In this document: positions 47,202-57,100 of the stretch, in pieces
Layout: every line of letters starts with the position of its first letter
How positions within the stretch are numbered: the first letter of the stretch is position 1
From: Antedon mediterranea
Taxonomy: Eukaryota > Animalia > Echinodermata
DNA: 64,000 nucleotides
NCBI RefSeq assembly: GCF_964355755.1
Contig: NC_092671.1
Span: forward strand, 24,688,070 to 24,752,069
Direction of reading: 5' to 3'
The notes under the pieces: model-generated
Database searches by the model: none
The model's input: only the letters and a program-made list of their open reading frames with translations
What the model was told of the DNA's origin: nothing
Translations under genes and position numbers: made by a program

Positions 47202-49897
47202 AACTAGATTTGAACTCGTCACTTCGGACGAGTTAGGTTATCCGCAGCGCAAAAGCCACGTGCACGTCATACGTTAGAATATTGCGCGCAGAAAAACGAT
47301 TATGCCATTGAAAAAATGTTAGTGCGCTCTCTATTTTGTGTCACGTCAAAGTATATACGGTATACACTATATTCTGTATACGTACAACATACAGTGCAGA
47401 ATAGGTGAAAATAAGGGACCCAAGTTATTGACGCTTTTGGACATGATGACGTCATCACAATTTAAAAAATTGTAGATTATGCGAAAGATAATTGATTGGC
47501 CTAGACAATATAACAAAATGGGGGAAATGGAATACGGATAAGTGGAGATGCGCTCTATTAAATGTGATGAACTATGAGAAAGAGACAAAAATCCTATATT
47601 TTATATTCGAGTGGCCATACGTTGACGTCACAATGTCCGGTTAGCCATATCGATGCATGATATGATATCTACCACTCATCTACTTCCAGAATCTGAAATT
47701 TTCAAAATTTTCACCACGGACTTTAGAATCTATGACTTTTTTAAAAAAGGCATAATTTTCACACATTTTTGAACTTTTTCATCAAAAACGCGCGCAAATT
47801 GTTCAATTCTACGTGCTCGTATGACGTGATTTTAAGTCGAAATTGATTGAAAACTGGTAAATTTACTAGAAAAGGCTGGAAAAACAAAAATCAAGGAAAA
47901 AATAGATGTTTTTGCGCTACGTGCGCACGCGCGCGTAAGAAAAGTGCGCACGCGTGGGAATTTTTGAAATGCTCAAAATGTCATGAAACGCGTAGAAAGT
48001 TGATTAAAAATTGATTTTTCGCATTTTGAAATTTTAAACGCGCGTGCGCGCGTAATTTTCTGTAAAACATGCCATTTTCTCTCCATAGAAAGTTAGCGCA
48101 TGATATAAATTAAACTTTTGCCAAGTTCCAATTTAAATGGTTTAATAGTTTTCGATCTAAATTAAATACGCAAAATTCATAAAATCGCGCGTAACTTACG
48201 CTGCGCAACTCGGACGGTACCGAAAACCTTATTACGACATATTCAGATAGAGATCAATCTTCTGATAAAGTTACAAAATGTTATGTTGAGAAGATTTAGA
48301 GATACACGCGCAACAAAATTCTGGGAAAGAAAGAAGAACTAGACATGAAACTCGTCACTTTGACGAGTTAGTTATCCGCTCGACAAACGCCACGTGCACG
48401 TCATACGTTGGAATGTTGCACACAGAAAAAGATTTTGGCATTATGACCTGAACTGAAGAATATGATATGTTGTTAGTGCTAAATTCTGTCTATTTTGTGT
48501 CATATAGTATATACATTATAAAGTACACAGTATAATCTGTATACACCTAATTTAAATTTTTAGGCATGATGATGTCATAAAAATTAAATATTTTTAACAC
48601 ATGCAAAAGATAGTTGATTGACCTAGACAATTTTAAAATCTCGGAGAAAAAGAAATACAGATAAAGGTGATGCGCTCCATTTAATGTGAGGAGCAATAAC
48701 GAAAGAGACAAAAATCATATATTTTACATTCGTGTGGCCATACGATGACGTCACAATGTCCGGTTAACCATATTGATTAATGATCCGATATCTACAACTC
48801 ATCACCTTCCAGAATATGTAAGTAAAAAAAAGTGTACCTCGTAGTTTAGAATCTATGATTGTTTAAAAAAAGGCATAATTTTGACGAATTTTTGAATTTT
48901 TTCATTAAAAACACGCACAAAGTGTACAATTCGACGTGCTCGTATGACGTAATTTTAAGTCTAAATTATTTTAAAAGTTGATAAAATTACTATAAAAGGC
49001 TGAAAAAACGCAAAAAAGATGTTTTTAGCGCTACGTGCGGACCACGCGCGTAAGATTGTTCGCGCGCGTGGAAATTTTTGACATGCTCAAAATGTTATGA
49101 TCAGCGTAGAAAGTTGATTAGAAATTAATTTTGCGCATTTTAAATTTTAAATGCGCGTGCGCGCGTAACTTCGTGTAAAACATGCCATTTTTTAGTGCAC
49201 AAAAAGTTAGCGCAAGATATAAATTAAACTTTTGCTAAGTTTCAATTTAAATTGTTATATGGTTTTCAATCTATGTTAAATACGCGAAATTCATCAAATC
49301 GCGCGTAAGTCACGTTGCGCATTTCTGAGGTCATTCACAATAGGAGGTGCACAACTTCACGTGAATGCCCATATGTTGACAAAGTTATGAAATGTTATAT
49401 TTACACGTTTTTGAGATACGCGAGACACAAAAATGGAGGAGAAATGCGCGTGTGCACGTAACTTCTTGTAAAACATGCCATTTTTAATCCATAGAAAGTT
49501 TGCCCTTGATATGACTTAAATTTTCACCAAGTGTCAATACAAAATGACTTTTATTTTTTATCCTATGATCAATCAATGAAATTCATAAAATCGCGCGTAA
49601 GTCACGTTGCGCAACTCTGACGTCATTCAAAAATAGGAGGTGCACAACTTCACGTAAATGTCCATATGATGACAAAGTTATGAAATGTTATGTGTACAAG
49701 TTTTTGAGATACGCGAGACACAAAAATGGAGGAGAAAGAAAGAAGAATAATATAAAGAAAAAAAAAAAAAAGATCCAGGACGATTACAAGGAGTTATCCG
49801 CTACTAAGCGGATAACTAATAAGAAAGAAAAAAAAAAAAAAAAAAAAAAAAGATCCTGACAATAACAAGGGGTTATCCGCCAAGTGCGGATAACCAA
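47202..49897 (-). mobile_element. HINE B3, shorter variant, nested in A3, hosts B4
   Basis: Hairpin AACTCGTC-ACTTCG-GACGAGTT; subTIR GGTTATCCGC (47236) matching GCGGATAACC (49886-49895). Confidence 0.85.
48337..49819 (-). mobile_element. HINE B4, innermost, with an internal deletion and a ~300-bp duplication
   Basis: subTIR TAGTTATCCGC (48369) matching GCGGATAACTA (49808-49818). Confidence 0.85.
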
Positions 49898-51362
49898 TAA
49901 TAATAAAGATTTTGTACAATAACAATAGGTGATCATTTTATTCTAAATGATCACCTAATAATAAAGATTTTGTACAATAACAATAGGTGATCATTTTATT
50001 CTAAATGATCACCTAATAACGCCTTTTGTGGCTTTCATGCTTCTGTATATAAATTTACGTAAGGCCAAAATTCGGTAAATCGCGCCTTACTTTTAGAATT
50101 TTTACTCGATGGTATATAAAGTTGGTTCGTACTTTCGGTACTGATTTTAACCACCTGATTTAACCCTATTTACTAATTAAATTAAGTTAGATAATTAGTT
50201 ATTGACGATTAAAACGAATTTAGGTTCAACGATTTGCCCCAAAGAGGGGTGTTTTCCGATCATGGTATACACTGTCTAATGGATGTCTATCTTGAAAAAT
50301 ACCCGCCACAAAAATGCGAGGAGGCTTCGCATTTTCCTATCTCCTCCTACGATAATTGTTTTTAATAGCTGAAAACCCGTTGAACAGCTAGAGTACAGCA
50401 TCATAATGTTGAAGACAGGCCGATTTTCTTTAAAAAATACTATTTTGATAGATTTAATATACGATTCTACAAATGTATTGATTTGCGATGAATGGAACAT
50501 CCCAATCTCTCAGTCTGCCAGAGTTTAACACAAGTAGGTAAATTTATGAGCCCTTGGTTTAACACATACGGTAGGTAAATATATGGGCCCTTTGAGAATA
50601 AACTTGCAATACTTCGACAATACTGTAAATACCTATTATTAACTATTGTTCGTCAACATTTGAATCGAACATTTCTAACTGTGAATGTTCGTACTGTTAG
50701 CCTAAATGTAATATAAAAATATATACAAATAAATTTTATTACTGAGATTGTGGATAGGCTCTACTGTTAGATATATAAACACATTATTATATACAAATAA
50801 ACTTTATACTGACAGTTCCTTCTCAACGTTTGTATTAATTAATAATTACCAAAAATATAAACGTCGTAGTGGTGTATATCGTGTACTTTAATATTTCAAT
50901 CGATTATGACAGTGACAGTTTTAACAAAGTATTAAATCGCAAATGTTTTACTGTATTTAGATGTAGGCCTATATTATTTATAGGCCTATAAAACATGAAA
51001 GAAATATTTCGTTACCGAGTGGATAAAGAATATATTTAAAAATTGTTCTTCTTTGTATACCTATCCGCTTTCCCATCCCTCAACCCTAATGTTACATACA
51101 AAACACAAATTGGGTTTCTTTAAATGAGTCCAAATCAAACATTTGGACTCATTTTGTGATAAGTTTCTCCTTCGGAAGTAATTCCCAGGGTGCTAATTTT
51201 AGTTGACTACATAAATCATCGTGTCTATTTATTCGTTTCTGTAAACGACAATGTATTATAGTCCTGCGGTACGTACACTTGAAATCGCCAGTTTTGTTAC
51301 GCTGAAATTACTGTGTATTCGAGAACCATCTGTGGGTACGACCTAGATGGTACGCGAGCTTT

Positions 51363-52165
51363 AGTTTTATCATTATCTTGTTGACACCTGTACTAGAGTT
51401 TATCATTATCTTGTTGATACCTGTACTAGAGTTTATCATTATCTTGTTGATACCTGTACTAGAGTTTATCATTATCTTGTTGACACCTGTACTAGAGTTT
51501 TATCATTATCTTGTTGACACCTGTACTAGAGTTTATCATTATCTTGTTGATACCTGTACTAGAGTTTATCATTATCTTGTTGACACCTGTACTAGAGTTT
51601 ATCATTATCTTGTTGATACCTGTACTAGAGTTTTATCATTATCTTGTTGATACCTGTACTAGAGTTTATCATTATCTTGTTGATACCTGTACTAGAGTTT
51701 TATCATTATCTTGTTGACACCTGTACTAGAGTTTATCATTATCTTGTTGATACCTGTACTGGAGTTTATCATTATCTTGTTGATACCTGTACTAGAGTTT
51801 ATCATTATCTTGTTGATACCTGTACTAGAGTTTATCATTATCTTGTTGACACCTGTACTAGAGTTTTATCATTATCTTGTTGACACCTGTACTAGAGTTT
51901 ATCATTATCTTGTTGATACCTGTACTGGAGTTTATCATTATCTTGTTGACACCTGTACTAGAGTTTATCATTATCTTGTTGATACCTGTACTAGAGTTTA
52001 TCATTATCTTGTTGATACCTGTACTGGAGTTTATCATTATCTTGTTGATACCTGTACTGGAGTTTATCATTATCTTGTTGATACCTGTACTAGAGTTTAT
52101 CATTATCTTGTTGATACCTGTACTAGAGTTTATCATTATCTTGTTGATACCTGTACTAGAGTTTT
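51363..52165. repeat. 33/34-bp minisatellite, about 24 copies
   Basis: Unit TTTATCATTATCTTGTTGA(T/C)ACCTGTACT(A/G)GAG with occasional extra T. Confidence 0.97.
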
Positions 52166-52811
52166 TATTACAAAACATTGAAACAATATATACTTTATAA
52201 TGTTCTTTACTCCATAAAATCTGTTTATTCTATCTTTGCATTCTGCAAGAAGAAATAAATAAAACAACAATTATTATTGCATTTTTGACAAAACATGACA
52301 ATGCCAAGAATAAAATAATATAATACAAAGATATACACATAATATTATGATGTATAATTAAATTTTAAACTTCCTATAATAAACACTGGACATATTTGTG
52401 TAATTTTTAAGTTAAAATATATTTTATTTGTTTTTCTTTTATGTATATACCATATTTATTTTTTGGTAGGCTTTGTAGGGGGCCTTTATTCGAGAGAAGC
52501 TTTTATTGTTTTGTGTGTAGTATAGTAACATGTATAATCAAATAAGTTACCCCTATATATGAAAACTATATACACAATTAATATCAAGAAGTGATAAAAT
52601 ACAGAAAAAATTATATCAAAATACTGTATACATTTTATATTTACAGTATTATGTGACAATAAAGTTTATTCAATGTCTAGGGATGTCTATAAATCCAAAA
52701 GGCAAAATTACTGAAAAAGAACCAATTAACAACTACTGTACTTCTGAATGTTCAGTTTGAAACCACTATACAGGATGCCAAACACCATGCATTTATGTAA
52801 CTATTCTATAA

Positions 52812-52970
52812 AGCCCTGTCTACACTATCAACCTAGTTTGACAAAAATAGTGTGATGTGCCCAAATATGGTAGTGATATGCCCAAATATGGTAATGATAT
52901 GACACCATCATGTCCATATATGGGCACGTCACATTTTTTGGTCACCAAGTTTGATAATGTAGGCAGCGCT
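52812..52970. mobile_element. PIF/Harbinger-type MITE family, copy 2
   Basis: TAA TSD (52809-52811, 52971-52973); TIR shared with 25442-25593. Confidence 0.8.
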
Positions 52971-53250
52971 TAAAACAGCAATGCTTACACATTCAAATCC
53001 TATGAAAGAACATATAGAATCGTATTTTGAAATTATGTGACATATGACACATGGATAACAATTTGGCTATACTATCTGCTGCTATACACTTTGGTTTATA
53101 CTATATACACTGTTTTCTATGTATTTTGAAAGATAGTGTTTGAGTGTAACAACAATAATACTGTAATACAAGTGACAATGCCGTGGGCATTACTGAAAGT
53201 GGCTGTATTCACCATTCACACTTATGCTAAGTTAACAATCTCATATCTAA

Positions 53251-53311
53251 TACCCCTTTCACACCAAAAGCGAAACTCCGGTGATCACCGGAGTTTGGTG
53301 TGAAAGGGGCA
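53251..53311. mobile_element. 61-bp palindromic mini-MITE
   Basis: TAA TSD; TIR T(A/G)CCCCTTTCACACCAAA; central perfect 24-bp palindrome AAACTCCGGTGATCACCGGAGTTT. Confidence 0.7.
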
Positions 53312-53779
53312 TAAGTAAATATAATTTAAGAGAAATACTTCAATATTTATTGAGTTAAAACAGTTAAATACTCAATATTGAAGGGAAATATTTCATTTAA
53401 GTGTGATTGTTGGATAAGGCCACTGGATCTCAATGAAGATGAGAAAAGGGATAAAACAATGTCACATGATACAAAGTCAACCAAACAAATGGAAAGAAAA
53501 ACATTATATTGTTTGAAGGTTTGTATAATAACATACTGTACAGTTTGCAGTACAACATGTATGCATTTCTGAAAAGACCTATCCTCAGAGAGAACTGTAG
53601 TGGTGAACCTCAAACTTTATATAATTTCATGAACACTTTGCTAAATATGTATTAAAATTAATTTCTTTATTGTCTTTTAAAACAAACTTGTTAGATACAT
53701 ACTCCATATGCATCATGAGGAGCTCCACTCTGTTTCTTCAAAGAGTGTGATGTCCAGATGAATAAACTGACATCATATC

Positions 53780-53874
53780 TGGATGTGGGTGTATCAATTT
53801 GTCAATCACGAGATGACATTATATTAGTACAGTAGTATGACCTTTGCTTCTTCATAGAGTGTATGGAGTGTGAG

Positions 53875-53908
<34 letters not shown>

Positions 53909-54107
53909 GGATGTGGGTGTATCAATTTGTCAATCATGAGATGAAATTATATTAGTACAGTAGTATGACCTTTGCTTCTTCATAGAGTGTATGAAGTGTG
54001 AGGTCTATAATGGATGTGGGTGTTTCAATTTGTCAATCATGACATGACTGTTAATTTTGTGAGATATTCCTGAATGTACTCGGCTTCTTCGTGGAGTGTA
54101 AGATCCA
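53780..54107. repeat. diverged triplication of the NUB1 stop-codon region with (AT)n spacer at 53878-53906
   Basis: TGGATGTGGGTGT.TCAATTTGTCAATCA at 53780, 53908 and 54011. Confidence 0.85.
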
Positions 54108-54188
54108 GGTAATCTTCTTCATGCTCTGGTATATCAGGTACTAGGTCTTTGATTGCCTCATTTTGCTCTTTTGTTAAACTGTCAGCAC
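54037..54188 (-). CDS. NUB1: NUB1 terminal exon
   Basis: [29 protein letters not shown]...stop. Confidence 0.92.
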
Positions 54189-57100
54189 CTGAATCAATAG
54201 AAAGAAAAATGAATAGTAATACAAAATAGGGTACAGAAATATATAGTTTTTCCATATTCTAATCTACATTAACTTTAAGTTAAATTATAACTGCATTCGT
54301 TAAGTTAAATGCCTTTTTTTCATTATCATACTGTCTTTTACATGTTATTTACCTTACCTTACTTAATATGTTGCCTGGACCCCTCATTTTAAAGCTTAAA
54401 CTTCCAGTGGGAATTGTTGATTGATTGTTTTTCAACAAATAGTTAATATATATTCAATATAGCTTAATTGATTCAAATATAAATGGTGCAGATGTTTAAA
54501 AAAAAATGAAACACATTCCTAAAACCAGACTTCACCAAAATATAGTCGACAATTGACCGAGAATAGTCAATAATATATTTTACATTTTACACAATGTAAC
54601 ACAATTAGTATATTTGATTCTAAGGCTTGTGGTGCTATTTCACTGGGCCAGTATGGAAGTAAATGGGTGTAGGCCACGCAAATATATCATATCAGTCGAC
54701 ATAGTGGACACAAAAATGTCCCTATGTTAATTGTACACAAACACAATTTGACCTACAGTTTATCCAGTCTAATACAAATATACGGTATATACATCAATGA
54801 AATGGAACCAATTAATTGTATGACATTACAATATAGCCCAACTTACCAGTACTTGATCTTTTAGAAGTTGAAGCCCTGTGACAGCTTGATGGCAGTAGAC
54901 CACCATTCTGTACAAGTACTTCAATAGCTTTCTCAACATTGCCATGATAACTGATTAGTGCTTGTCTGGCAACTTCCTTCAAGAAGCCCAATTCACAGAA
55001 CTATAAAGATATAGTTTTAACAAATAAGATTTAATAAATACACTTTATATACTGTATGTGTGTGATAGAGAGGTTGTAGTGTTTGTGAAGAGAGGTAGTG
55101 GTTGTGGAATATACCAGATATAGAGGTGGCATACACTCCTGTTTTGGCTGAGTGATTCCCTTATTGTAGAATTCTCGGTTTTCACATTTTTTTTCCAGAT
55201 TACAAAGGTAACTTAATTTTTATTAAATGTGTCGTTTTTTTGTAATAACAGCTCAAAATACAAGCAAATTTACAATATTTAAGCCAGTGTACTACCATGG
55301 TCATAATTTATTGATTTTTCCCCCTCATATACAGTAGCCACTACGTTACCGCTTGTGACACAGTGATCCTCACCTTCACTCATGGTCTCAATATATTGTG
55401 GGCGGTGTTGAATATAGACGTCTTTTAGAAATCATTGTGTTATTGTGGAATTTGCCATAGAGAGGCTGCAGTTACCGTAAAATACCATATAGATAGTTTG
55501 CAGTTTTAATTCAGCTACAGAATGACTTATAGGCCTACTGTAGCTGTTCTTTTTAAATTCCCAGTACTTTGAAATTCATAAATACAGTACCTGTGACAAC
55601 ATTTGATCTGTGATTTCTCCTTGCCACTCGCCTGGTTCTGGCATGTTAAGTAGTTGAGGATTCTCTTGTAATGTCTGTAGAGCAAGGTTGATATCACTGT
55701 TACATTGTTTAAGTGCTGAGGCTGCTGCATTTGTAGGGAAGCCCATGGATAGGAGTGTGTTATACACATCAATATTCACCCTGAAAATGAAATAAAAATA
55801 TTCAACATCAACAAAACATTTTAATCTTATTGTTTCTTTTTTATTGTGTGCTATATATACATTTTTGCATAGTTTAAAATTTCTTTTAGTAATATTATTT
55901 ACTTATAATGTCATTAAAATTCCTCTGGCCTAAAAAAATAATTTAATTCAGTAATATTTATCATTTTTACAGGAAAAAACCCTTCCATTCCGATTTCCTG
56001 AACAAACCAGGAGACATACAGTATTGTAAATGTTTAACGCAATGGCAAAACCTGTTCTGGAGACATGCCTTAGTATTAAGGTGACTCTTTTTCCCTCATT
56101 AAGGGTTCTAATGTATTCAATATACTGTATGTTTTATGCAGTGTCAATGTTTTTTTTTTGTAGATTAAATACAAATAAAGTATGTATATAGCAAGCACTA
56201 AAAATAGAATTAAGTAAATTGTGTACAGTTGAAGTTTGAGTATGGTAGGATAAAATATTATTAGGTTTGTTTATTATATGTTTGGGAGGGAGAGAGGATG
56301 TGCAGCCTCTGGGTCCACCACTGGTAAGTCATTGAACAGCAAGTTGCTTTACCATTGTCCATTAGCAGCTTTCCCAATCTGCCTTTGCAATTCCCTTTTC
56401 TTATCTTCTTCTCTTTCTTTTGCAGCAATCTCTTTTCTTCGTTCCTTTCTGTCAGTGATTTTGTTAACAGCCAAGGACAAGCTTCCATTTGCTGCTCGCA
56501 ATCCAAGTCTAGCCTCTGAGGTAGTAAAACCCATGCCAATTAGGTGGCTTAGTTTCTCATCATCTACTTCCAATGTCTTCAAAATTCCTCTGGCCTAAAA
56601 AATAATTTCATTCAATTTGAGTCAACATGCACTACATTCACATCCACATGGATGATAGCAAAACATTTCAATTGAAGTGGACATTCATGTTGACATGCCA
56701 GTGATGTAGATGCTATTCTACTGGGCCGGTAGATGCTATTCTACTGGGCCGGTAGATGCTATTCTACTGGGCCGGTATATGCTATTCTACTGGGCCGGTA
56801 TATGCTATTCTACTGGGCCGGTATGGCCCAGGTGTACATAAGTACCGTATATATAATTAACAATATACACTTCAATCTTTATGTAAGGGAGAAGCAAGTC
56901 ATCAAATAAGACATTAAGTTAACTTTTTGACACTTGACACAAAGTTTTGAAAAAAGTAATCCTAAAAAGCATTAATACAAAATACAAATCATTATATCTA
57001 TGTAGGCTTAAGGCCCATTTACACTAGGGTGATAACGATCGACGATAACACGATAAATATGCATTTTTCATACCTAAAACAAAAGAATTTTAAAAAGTTT

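Larger units (their letters stand above)
45681..49960 (-). mobile_element. HINE A3, nested in A1, hosts B3 and B4
   Basis: A-type 3' end at 45681; A-type 5' end at 49926-49957. Confidence 0.85.
39410..50019 (-). mobile_element. HINE A1: outermost non-autonomous Helentron hosting six nested elements
   Basis: 3' end AACTAG + hairpin AATTCGTCA-CTT-TGACGAATT + subTIR TAGGTGATCATTT at 39410-39455; 5' end double IR TAGGTGATCATTT...AAATGATCACCTA at 49984-50015. Confidence 0.85.

Noticed and set aside
39410-50019. Autonomous Helentron or ~3.1 kb satellite
   Set aside because: No Rep/helicase ORF (only short spurious ORFs), and stacked 5' ends at the right show nesting rather than head-to-tail repetition
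51378-52200. Hydrophobic repeat ORFs and possible CRISPR-like array
   Set aside because: 33-bp head-to-tail units with no unique spacers and frequent frameshifts; eukaryotic context with no cas genes
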